Below the pieces are notes generated by a model, which made no database searches, was not told the DNA's origin, and worked only from the letters and a program-made list of their open reading frames with translations. A stretch of 63,231 bases of DNA, filler included, from Octopus bimaculoides (lineage: Eukaryota), in NCBI RefSeq assembly GCF_001194135.2. It is 8 parts of 5 records of this genome, joined end to end, with 100 filler letters (N's around TTAATTAATTAA, not from the genome) between each part and the next. Parts side by side here need not be neighbours in the genome. Positions count along the whole stretch, not along the records: positions 45,200 to 57,941 come from NC_068982.1; positions 58,042 to 59,911 come from NW_026400163.1; positions 60,012 to 61,053 come from NW_026425759.1; positions 61,154 to 63,231 come from NC_068988.1; 4 more parts are not named here. One strand, written 5' to 3'. Positions 52,890 through 63,231 of this stretch are shown piece by piece. Position 1 is the stretch's first letter. Every line of letters begins with the position of its first letter. The translations under genes were made by a program, and so were the position numbers.

Positions 52890-53639
52890 ATATATATATA
52901 TATAAATTTGTATGTGTGTGTGTATGTGTGTGTGTGTGTGGTAATTTTTTTTTCTTTTGCATCACACCCTTTTTTTTAAAGCCAAACATTATTTCATCTC
53001 ATAAAATTTAAATAATTTATTTATATATCTTACACTGTTGTATTTTGTTTGTGTCAGTTATAGTAGACGTTTTATACACACGCATTATTAGAATGTTGGT
53101 CCTTATTCTTTGTTAGCGTTCACAGTATCAAAACGGTTTGTTGTGCAGTATCAGTTTACTTCATCTCCATCATTATCATACTTCATTTCTTATTTATAGA
53201 CACCACCAATTTTCTTATGATCAGGGTCAACACTCCTATTCCATTTCTTTAAAAGGTGTGTTGTCACTTGAACTAATGTCAGTGCATTACTAGTACTATT
53301 TCATAAACCCTAATGGGAAAGCAAGGGAAAGCAATGAAACTAAATTCTAGTATTTTACCCTTTCTGCCAGCTGACCCCACTTCACAAGTATGTTCCACCG
53401 CAAGACCCTTTATATAGTCGCTTGACCATCAAGAAATAGTAACCGAATTCCCTCGTATAATTCACTACTGTTTTAAGAAGGATGACACATTGGCAGTGTA
53501 ATCTAAGATATAAATAAAAATGGGATGGTCACGACTGGACATCTCTGATCATATATATGCTTAATTAGTGTTGATTTTGGGTTATATAACAGTTGTTGAT
53601 ACTATACTTTGGTAATATTGATTTCAAATTTTGGCACCA

Positions 53640-53825
53640 GGCCAGCAATTTCGGAGCAGGGGTAAGTCGATTACATGGACCACAGTACTCAACTGGTACC
53701 TATCGACCCTGAAAATATGAAAGGCAAAGTCGACCTCGGCGAAATTTGAACTCAAAACGTGAAGACAGACGAAATGCCGCTAAGCATTTTGCCTGGCGTG
53801 CTAACGGTTCTGTCAGCTCGGTAAT
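53640..53825 (-). mobile_element. tRNA-derived SINE family C
   Basis: Minus strand: A-box-like TGACAGAACCG and B-box-like GAGTTCAAATTTC. Confidence 0.7.
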
Positions 53826-55430
53826 AATAAGCGCCAAAATAAAATAAAAATATGATTTCACTAGTTCATGTTTATATAAACAGTTTATCTGAATATTAAA
53901 GTTCAACATTTATTTTAACAAACGAATACCAATCAAACCGTTTTAAAAAGTGAGTGAATATAAAATGGTTATTGGTTAGATACCACCGCGTGGCTCTGAT
54001 TCACGTTTCACTTTCTTGAAAACTCTTTCAGAAAAGGCTTATGGACTCTTACAATCTACAGGAAATCTCTATCCCTCTGTGCCTTCCTCTTCTTCCCATC
54101 TTTTTCCTTTCCCCTCTCTTTTTTTCTTGTATATTTATTTAAAAGCACCAGAAATCAAATTTATCGATGTAGTAATACGAACACCTTTCTTGATTGTAGT
54201 CAAACATATTGGCAACAGATGAAGAGTCGCTTTCGGGTGAGTAACATATTGTTTATTGAACTTACTGTTTTCATTATGAAGTTATAAGACGTTCTATGAG
54301 GTTCATTTAAATGATAATGGTTTCACCTGGCGGAAACAGTGTAACCACATATTCATATGAAATGGAACTAAAACGACTTAACTAATCTATATTCCACACA
54401 TTCGTATAACAGAGAGATAAAACAATTAATTAAATTATCCCAGTCCATGACTGCTATTTTTTTTATCGAGTTCTGAAGGAACGGAAAACAAAGGTGACAA
54501 AACTATATATTATAAAGCCTTATTTGGAACAGAGTTCTGATATTAGTGTCTTCCACCATATATGAATATAACAAGGATTTCTCACATTTATAAAAGGGCA
54601 CACATATCCAAGGAATGGTTATAATCAGTTACGAACATGATCCCTTGTTATATCTTGGGGCTTTTCTTTCAAAACAATACAAACATCCTATTTAGAACAG
54701 AAATAAATACGTTTTCATATGCGATTTTTCTTTAGACTCCATTAACAGTCGTTAAACGACGAATATAAAGCGTTGTCAAATTTGGGTTTTCTTAAAAAAA
54801 AAAAAAAAGAATCCAATTTTCTTATAGACCAAAAGTAAATACATTTTTATATGTTCCTCTAGACTTCATTGATAACTGCTCTCAGTTACATATACTATCT
54901 TTGGTTAAATTTGGATTTTTTTTTCTATCAAAAAAAAAAAAAAATCCAAATTTCCTTTTTAGAACGAAACTGGGTAATGTTTTACGATACAGTGTTGTTT
55001 TAGACTTCATTAACTACAGTCGGCTGCAAATGATCAAATTTGAGTTTTCTTTTAAAAAATCCAAAATTCTTATACAGATCAAGATTGAATGCATTTTCTT
55101 AAAGGATATTTCTTTAAAGTATAACATATATATTGCTTTTGGTAGCAGTTTCATAAGTTTCAGGAACTATTGTGTAACTACAATCATAAGACTAGTTTCA
55201 ACTGGACTGAATTCATGGCAATCAAAATCTCCTCATTAGGCAACTCATAAAATTAACCTCCAATAAACTGAATTAATATTAAAATTGATTCTCCGAGATA
55301 TAAAACGTATAGATGTTGATGGTACTATAAAACATCCAATTAAGAATAGAGAGAAAGAGAGGTGAAACATTTTGATTCACTTAATGTGAAGATGTTTTAT
55401 TTTTATTTTTTTCATTGATTCTGTTTCTAG

Positions 55431-55487
55431 ATGGCGAATTAGAGAAAATGATTCCTGAAAATATTCAACTTGAACAAATTTCGATAG
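55431..55487 (+). CDS. Candidate 57-bp phase-1/phase-1 exon (DGELEKMIPENIQLEQISI)
   Basis: Long polypyrimidine tract with TTCTAG| acceptor and AG|GTAAAC donor. Homology not recognised. Confidence 0.4.
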
Positions 55488-55503
55488 GTAAACAACTACG
55501 TCA

Positions 55504-55569
<66 letters not shown>

Positions 55570-55629
55570 TCTCTCTCTATGTACATGTACATGTATATGT
55601 ATATGTATATATATANNNNNNNNNNNNNN

Positions 55630-55664
<35 letters not shown>

Positions 55665-55937
55665 ATATGTATATATATATATGTATATATATATGTATAC
55701 ATATGTATATATATATATATATGTACATACATATTATATGTGTGTGTATGTATGTATGTATGTATGTATGTATGTATAATCGTTAATAGATGCGCTCAGC
55801 ACGCGACAATTTTTGCCATTCTGGTTCCGACTATTATTGATACTCACATTAAATTCTCACTGTTGCGTGACCACGGAGGATCCTGTGCTGTCTGAGGTGG
55901 GCTATAACGTAAAGTAACGTAATATAAAGAGCATATC

Positions 55938-56216
55938 AATAATGAGAGTAAAGAACATGAGTTTCAACTTGGTACTTCATGTTACATATGTTTCAGTACT
56001 CGGTCACCCCATAGATGCAATCCTTAGATGCATCTCATAAGGTCAGCACGCATAATCAAAAACTTCTGTCTGGGGATGTGTTTGATTATGTATATTGCCT
56101 TATGAGATGCATCTACGGATTGCATCTATAGTGTGTTACGGAATACTGAAACATATGTAACATATGAAATAAAGGAATACCAAATTCAAGCTCACGTTCT
56201 TTTTCTCTCATTTATT
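55938..56216. mobile_element. ~280-bp imperfect palindrome (fold-back MITE-like)
   Basis: Arms of ~120 bp, e.g. TGTTACATATGTTTCAGTA..TAGATGCATCTCATAAGG..CATAATCAAA versus its reverse complement. 20-nt loop at 56061-56080. Confidence 0.8.
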
Positions 56217-57187
56217 CAAAACATTCTGTTGTTTAATTGTTTATTGTTCATTTGTACTGGGCAAATGTGAACTTCCTCATGTGCAAACATCTCGAAGTTT
56301 GTTCCTGATTAGAATTTATTACATTCCCCTTAGATGTAAAAATTTGGTAAACTTCTAAACCTAAGTCACATTTTCTAGTTCCAAGTCTGTATGGTTTTGC
56401 AGTACAAATTAATTCCCAATTGATAATATAGTCTTTGGTTCTGTCTTTAACAGACCAGATTAATTTACTAAGACTTGTTTAGAATCTTTTTTTAAATCTC
56501 AAATACCGTTATCCTGTTTACGTTTATGTGTAGTGAAAAACTGAGTCTATTTCATTCACGTTATTCTCACCCTTTTGATGCAAACCGAACGAAAGTATAT
56601 TCTTTGTTTGTATATAACATACAAAGTGAAAGTGAACCAAAAGATGCTGATATGTAGATATATAATAGCAATGTAACTTTAGTATTACTTCTTAAAACAA
56701 TTGTTATACATACACAAATGTGCCCCATCGACTTTTTTCCTCATGACTTCTAGAAAAATGGGTATTTTTTAATAAAATGTTCTACAAATACACTTCAGAT
56801 GGTGTGGATTTCGATAGCATCAGAATTTGTAGTGAAAAAGACATATTTTCGTGGCAGCGGAGAGAAGAGTTTCAGAAAATTCACATAAGTTGACTTTGTC
56901 ACTTCATAACTTCCGGAAAAAAAAGGGTATTTTTAATTGACGATTTCTTCAAATACTTTTCAGAATGTGTAAATTACGATTATATCAGTATTTAATATGG
57001 AAATTAAAATTCGTGGGATAGCACACACACATACTGGCGCACTTCACACTTTTTGGGAAAAATTAATTTCACAACAGCTTCCGATATATCTGAAACCTAT
57101 TTGTAGAATTTTTTTTTAAATGTCTTTAAATGATATTGACTAAAAGTGACCTTGCAATTAAAACATTAAGGGCGCACCCAAAATACC

Positions 57188-57298
57188 AACAGGAAGTAAG
57201 AGAAAGTTGTGGTGAAAGAGTACAGCAGGGTTCGCCACCATCCCCTGCCGGAGCCTCGTGAAGCTTTTGGTGTTTTCGCTCAATAAACACTCACAACC
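57188..57298 (+). mobile_element. SINE-like family A 3' fragment
   Basis: Reverse complement of 1-115. Confidence 0.75.
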
Positions 57299-57857
57299 CC
57301 CAAATTACTAGAAAACATTTCTCCAACACCAGACAACAAAGATCATGTCATCCATTGTAAGCCGTCAGACGACACTTAAATTACCAATCAAAACGAATTC
57401 TATAATGAATGTGTGTGTGTGCATGCGTGTGTGTGTGTATGTGGGTGTGTGCGTGTGTGTATGTGCATGCGTGTGTGTGTGTGTGAATGCGTGTGTTTAT
57501 AAGATAAATTGAGATACAAAAATTGTATATTAAAATGTTAGTCGTGAGAAATGTTCAGAAGAAAGACAGTTGATCATGTAAAATATATATTATTATGTTG
57601 CTAAGTATTCAATCTACTTTAATTCCCCTCGGATGTACACAGGGGGATTAAACGCCATGATGAAACTTTTGTCTCGGCTCTCTTAATCGATAACCAAGAC
57701 AAGAAGAAACAAATCTGATGTAAAAGGCGTGCTGAAATTTGATAACCGTATAACAAATCCACAGCTATATATCGAACATAATTTGTTATAAATTTATGTC
57801 TACCTCTGATAACAATTAATAAGTAACAGAATAAGAATTGTCGCTTGGTCTGGGTTC

Positions 57858-57925
<68 letters not shown>

Positions 57926-58041
57926 GCAAACAAAAAAAAAANNNNNNNNNNNNNNNNNNNNNNNNNNNNNNNNNNNNNNNNNNNNTTAATTAATTAANNN
58001 NNNNNNNNNNNNNNNNNNNNNNNNNNNNNNNNNNNNNNNNN

Positions 58042-59207
58042 AATAATGCTAAGAGAGGGTATAAGATCTTTGACCAGAAAATTAATCATCTTCTCTATAT
58101 GAATGATCTAAAACTGTTTGCCAAAAACGACAAAGAATTAGAAGAGCTCTTGAATACTGTCAAAGAATTCAGCTCTGATACAGGTATGGAATTCGGACTT
58201 GATAAATGTGCAGAGGCTACTTTCAAGGCAGGGAAGTTCATAAAGGCAGAAAACATAGAACTTGATACTATCACAGCTATTTGAAACCTAGACCAGTCTG
58301 AAGTATACAAATATCTAGGAACCAATGAAGGTGATGGTAGTCAGCATTCTAAAATGAAAGAGAAAATCCACAAGAAATGCTACTGAAGGGTAAGAATGGT
58401 CATAAACTCAGAATTAAATGCTGCTAACAGAATTAATGCGATCAATTTGTTGGTCATACCAGTAACCACATATAGCTTTGGTATTATTAAGTGGAGTTTC
58501 ACTGATATGCAGAATATGGATGGAAAGATCCGTAAAATTCTTACAAGGTACTGAATGCACCATCCAAAATCAGATGTAGACAGGATTTATCTCCCAAGAA
58601 AAATAGATGGAAGAGGCCTAATACAGCTCAAACAATCCTTCAAATCAGCAATAATATGCCTTGAAACGTACCTTAATACAACAAGTGATGTGCTCTTACG
58701 AACTGCACTGAAGCATGAAACTTAGTAAGAAATTTAAAAAGTCTCTTGACCTACAAGTTAACAATAAGAATGATCAAAGACACCCAAATACTGACAGACC
58801 TACCATTGCTTCTGATTTAGAAATTAACAATCAGAAAGACCAACGAGATCCAAAGAGTGACAAACCTATTACTGATGCAAAAAACATCAAACAAAAAGCA
58901 AAGAAGGCTTGCATAAATAATATCAAAGACAAACTACTGCATGGAAAATACCCTAACCGCCTGTCCAAGTCAGATATTGATCAAAACCTAACACACCAAT
59001 GGCTACAAGGGACAGATCTAAAAGGGGAACCGGAAGGTTTTGTTATTGCAGCACAAGATCAGAGCTTACCTACCAGAAACTACTATGCAAACATCCTTAA
59101 AGATGGATCTGACCCTATGTGCAGAATTTGCGGAAAATTCACAGAGACAATTGATCATGTTGTTTCTGGTTGCCCAGTCCTTGCTAAAAAGGAGTATGTT
59201 TTTATAT
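58042..59207 (+). mobile_element. R4/Dong-clade fragment, same subfamily as 27830-30400
   Basis: HLLYMNDLKLFAKND, EFGLDKC, LHGKYP, AAQDQSLPTRNY, CRICGKFTETIDHVVSGCP. Truncated before RHD. Confidence 0.9.
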
Positions 59208-59284
59208 AGCTTATATTTTTATATTTTTATTTTTTATTTTATATTTGTATGTAAATTTTGCAAAATTCATGAATTGGATTTTGT

Positions 59285-59420
59285 AAATCTCTGAAGAGGC
59301 CTAATGAATCATGCATGTACCCCCATTACATCATTTTCATCTACTAATTACTCCATCGTACTGGAGCTATATAGATAGAATGGGGCATGCCAACTCTAGG
59401 CCGAAACAGCTGTAAGATTT
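59285..59420 (+). ncRNA. Type I hammerhead ribozyme motif with extended stem II
   Basis: AAATCT-CTGAAGA-GGCCTA..(93 nt)..TAGGCC-GAAA-CAGCTG-TA-AGATTT. Confidence 0.8.
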
Positions 59421-59608
59421 TGTCCCTTCTCCAATTGCTAGATGTCCATTAAATTTGAAATCTTAATTGTTGATATGACATGGTATGTCATAAGTGTCTG
59501 TATATTGTCTTTTTTGTCATTTTGGTTATAAAATAAACAGATTAATTAATGGAATACAGCGTCTGCAAGTTAATGGGTATCTCATATTCCCCTCCATTTT
59601 CTTAGGTT

Positions 59609-59911
59609 ATGAAAGTTACAGAGAGGGTCATAGCCCAACTAATTAGGGAGAGAATCAATTTAGATGAGATGCAGTTTGGGTTCATGCCAGGTAAAAGCAC
59701 TACTGATGCCTTATTTCTAGTGAGACAGCTGCAGGAGAAATACCTAGCTAAGGATAAACCTTTGTACCTGGCTTTCGTTGACATGGAGAAAGCCTTTGAC
59801 AGGGTCCCCCGATCCCTTATCTGGTGGTCAATGAGGAAACTTGGGATAGAAGAATGGTTAGTGAGAGCTGTGCGAGCCATGTACAGAGATGCTGCCAGTA
59901 AGGTGAGGGTT
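59609..59911 (+). mobile_element. RTE-like RT fragment, uninterrupted
   Basis: QFGFMPGKSTTDALFLVRQLQEKY..AFVDMEKAFDRVPR. Runs into a gap. Confidence 0.85.
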
Positions 59912-60097
59912 NNNNNNNNNNNNNNNNNNNNNNNNNNNNNNNNNNNNNNNNNNNNTTAATTAATTAANNNNNNNNNNNNNNNNNNNNNNNNNNNNNNNNN
60001 NNNNNNNNNNNTCTCTCTCTCTCTCTCTCTCTTCCCCTCACACACCCACATCCACATGCTTGCGCATGTGCCCCCTCTTAAGATCCCTACCACTCTC

Positions 60098-60355
60098 TAT
60101 CACCACCATCATCGCTATCATCATCATCATCATCACCACCGTCGTCATCATCGCTATCATCATCATCATCACCACCGTCGTCATCATCGCTATCATCATC
60201 ATCATCATCACCACCGTCGTCATCANNNNNNNNNNATCGCTATCATCATCATCATCATCACCACCGTCGTCATCATCGCTATCATCATCATCATCACCAC
60301 CGTCGTCATCATCGCTATCATCATCATCATCATCACCACCGTCGTCATCATCGCT
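60098..60355. repeat. 36-39-bp minisatellite built from ATC/ACC/GTC triplets
   Basis: Unit approximately (ATC)n ACC ACC GTC GTC ATC ATC GCT. Confidence 0.9.
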
Positions 60356-60754
60356 GTCAAAAATCGTCGCCACCACCACCGTCACCATCGCTACCGCCAC
60401 CACTGTTGTTATCGACGTCATCCTTTTATACCTGATGATTGCGATGATGATGATACTGGTGGTGGTGAGGGTCTGTGTGCGCCCACGAGTGTCTGTGGTG
60501 ATTGTTGAAGAGAAAGGAGGGGACGTGCCCTGAAGTGAACGGGTGGATGGGGTGGAAGCGGGGACGTCCGACCTTTAAAGAAGACAATACCCTCAGGGGA
60601 CAGAAGAATGGGGTCTGGTTTCCAGACACGCCCATCACTCTGAAACCTGAATCTTTCAATCTGAAGAGACACCCTCAATTATATATATCCACACACTGTC
60701 TGGTGTATACACACCCTTATTATATACATACATACATACATTTTATTCTGTTAC

Positions 60755-61053
60755 TTGTTTTAGTCACTTAACTGGGGCCATGCTGGAGCACTGTCTCTTA
60801 GTCGAAGAAATCAACCCCAGGACTTATTCTTTGTAAGCCTGGTACTTATTCCATCGGTGTCTTTTGCTGAACAACTAAGTTACTGGACGTAAACACACGA
60901 ACATCGATTGTCAAGCGATGGGAGTGGGGACATACAGACCCACACACGCAAATATTTATACATGATGGGCTTCTTTCAGTTTATGTCTGCCAAATCCACT
61001 CAGAAGGCTTTAGTCGGCCCGAGGCTGTAGTAGAAGACACTTGCCCAAGGTGC
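60755..61053 (-). mobile_element. tRNA-derived SINE family B copy
   Basis: Same body as 34345-34700 and 62870-63080. The head is cut by a gap. Confidence 0.8.
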
Positions 61054-61269
61054 NNNNNNNNNNNNNNNNNNNNNNNNNNNNNNNNNNNNNNNNNNNNTTA
61101 ATTAATTAANNNNNNNNNNNNNNNNNNNNNNNNNNNNNNNNNNNNNNNNNNNNCACACACACCTCTTTTTATTCTTTTTCTTGTTTCAGTCATTTGACAG
61201 CGGTCATGCTGAAGCACCGCATTGAAAGGTTGTAGTCGAAGAAATCGACCCCTGGGAGAGAAAGGCCCT

Positions 61270-61705
61270 CGGGACATCTGACATTGGGCAGATTGAAGTC
61301 TCCCATAAGAACTACACTTATGTGTTCTTCTAATGTGGCTAGAACTTCTATTTTTGTAAGGCAGTCTTGCCTACATGATTCGGAGCATCTGGAGGGCGAT
61401 ATGTAGCACATATAACTACATCGAGTTGTCTTATATGTACAATTAGTGTGTCACATACTGAATTTGAGTGTGACAAAAGGACCTGGAGTGTGAGGTCTTC
61501 GAGGATGTACATAGCAACTTTATTTCCTGTCTATCTATAATACAACATACTGTAGTATGTGTATTTTTGCATTTGCTATATCTGGTTTCAGGTGTGTTTC
61601 CGTATGTGCTATGCACAAGGCTTGATAGCATGCAACAAGGTCTCTCAAGAAAGGGCTTGTTGTCCTGTCACTAAGTGTTAACAGTCCTCTGATGTTCAGT
61701 ATACC
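61270..61705 (-). mobile_element. CR1/L2/Jockey-group APE endonuclease remnant
   Basis: ILNIRGL, HTETHLKPDI, VLMGDFNLPNV across frames. Confidence 0.65.
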
Positions 61706-61709
61706 CACA

Positions 61710-61767
<58 letters not shown>

Positions 61768-62451
61768 GAGAGAGAGACAGAGTGATGAATTATATGTGGT
61801 TATATGACAATTTAAAGTCTATTTCTCGGCATATTTGGCATAAGAATTTTTTCTTTTGCCCTTATTTATAANNNNNNNNNNNNNNNNNNNNNNNNNNNNN
61901 NNNNNNNNNNNNNNNNNNNNNNNNNNNNNNNNNNNNNNNNNNNNNNNNNNNNNNNNNNNNNNNNNNNNNNNNNNNNNNNNNNNNNNNNNNNNNNNNNNNN
62001 NNNNNNNNNNNNNNNNNNNNNNNNNNNNNNNNNNNNNNNNNNNNNNNNNNNNNNNNNNNNNNNNNNNNNNNNNNNNNNNNNNNNNNNNNNNNNNNNNNNN
62101 NNNNNNNNNNNNNNNNNNNNNNNNNNNNNNNNNNNNNNNNNNNNNNNNNNNNNNNNNNNNNNNNNNNNNNNNNNNNNNNNNNNNNNNNNNNNNNNNNNNN
62201 NNNNNNNNNNNNNNNNNNNNNNNNNNNNNNNNNNNNNNNNNNNNNNNNNNNNNNNNNNNNNNNNNNNNNNNNNNNNNNNNNNNNNNNNNNNNNNNNNNNN
62301 NNNNNNNNNNNNNNNNNNNNNNNNNNNNNNNNNNNNNNNNNNNNNNNNNNNNNNNNNNNNNNNNNNNNNNNNNNNNNNNNNNNNNNNNNNNNNNNNNNNN
62401 NNNNNNNNNNNNNNNNNNNNNNNNNNNNNNNNNNNNNNNNNNNNNNNNNNN

Positions 62452-62495
<44 letters not shown>

Positions 62496-62869
62496 CAGCA
62501 TTCTTGCTCATTTGGATAAACTCTGTTTTAAAATTAATATGACATAACTTAATTTAATTTAGATTATTTATGTATCACAGTTATACATTTGGTGGAGTTA
62601 ATGTTAATGAAACAGCTGTTGAGTACAATTGCAATATGAATTAAATGGGAAATTTACGACACACACATACACACACACACACATGAATGAAAGTTAGTCC
62701 CTCTCGGTGGTTGTACTGCAATGTAATAAATAACATTGTAGAGTTTAGTGACCTAAGCGCCTGTTGTTAATTGAGATTAATTATCGGGGATTTATTGTGA
62801 TGCTCGGCTGTTTCGACGAAATACGTTCAATTAACATCACCTGCTCTCTGGATGTCCACGTGCAGTATT

Positions 62870-63080
62870 CGTTTACTTGTTTCAGTCATTTCACTGCGGC
62901 CATACTGGAGCACGGCCTTTAGTCGAACAAATCGACCCCCCCCCCCACAGGACTTATTCTTTCTAAGCCTAGTACTTATTCTAATGGTCTTTTTTGCCGA
63001 ACCGCTAGTTTACGGGGACGTAAACACACCAACATCGGTTGTCAAGCGATGGTATGTGGACAAACACAGACACACAAGTA
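62870..63080 (-). mobile_element. SINE family B 3' half
   Basis: TTTAGTCGAACAAATCGACCCC..TTTTGCCGAACCGCTAG..TTGTCAAGCGATGG, shared with 60755-60950. Confidence 0.8.
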
Positions 63081-63117
63081 CATAATACATACATACATGC
63101 ATACATACATACATACA

Positions 63118-63148
<31 letters not shown>

Positions 63149-63231
63149 GATAGATCGCTAGCCACTAAACCTGTTTTATTTTCTCTCTCTGTTTATTTCT
63201 GTGTTCTTTTCTGTTGAAGAGCGTAGGCTCG

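Noticed and set aside
53700-53825. tRNA genes at SINE heads (also 2860-2940)
   Set aside because: A/B-box-like motifs run into repeated SINE bodies and no cloverleaf could be drawn.
60038-60771. His/Asp-rich and adjacent GC-richer ORFs as real exons or SKOR C-terminus
   Set aside because: The first part is a triplet minisatellite. The rest has no recognisable homology or convincing splice sites.
62790-62850. Minus-strand GAAACAGCCG resembling the 59403 stem III (also GAAACAGCTG at ~35795 and GAAACAGGTG at ~40875 minus)
   Set aside because: No CUGANGA core upstream; at most unrecognisable relics.

Overview
AT-rich, microsatellite-dense, gapped draft assembly of an animal genome. The repeat landscape and gene suggest a cephalopod, probably Octopus (inference). 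The only recognisable host gene is a SKOR/fussel-type Ski-family corepressor on the + strand, with coding exons ~46791/46862-47400 and 49999-51133. It has a possible 5' exon near 44.5 kb and a possible 57-bp exon at 55431, and its C-terminus is not seen in the window. The rest is mostly decayed transposons: at least 8 R4/Dong-type fragments beside (TAA)n tracts, a near full-length RTE LINE, L1/Tx1-like pieces, a CR1-like endonuclease fragment, mariner and Tc1 remnants, MITE-like palindromes and several SINE families. The most notable unannotated signal is a set of type I hammerhead ribozyme motifs threaded by eye: four complete (684-755 +, 42367-42424 -, 43345-43389 +, 59285-59420 +) and two degenerate or truncated (~34.93 kb, window end). 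Most have the short, palindromic or near-palindromic stem III typical of Penelope/retrozyme dimeric hammerheads. All folding and homology calls were made by eye, with no searches run.
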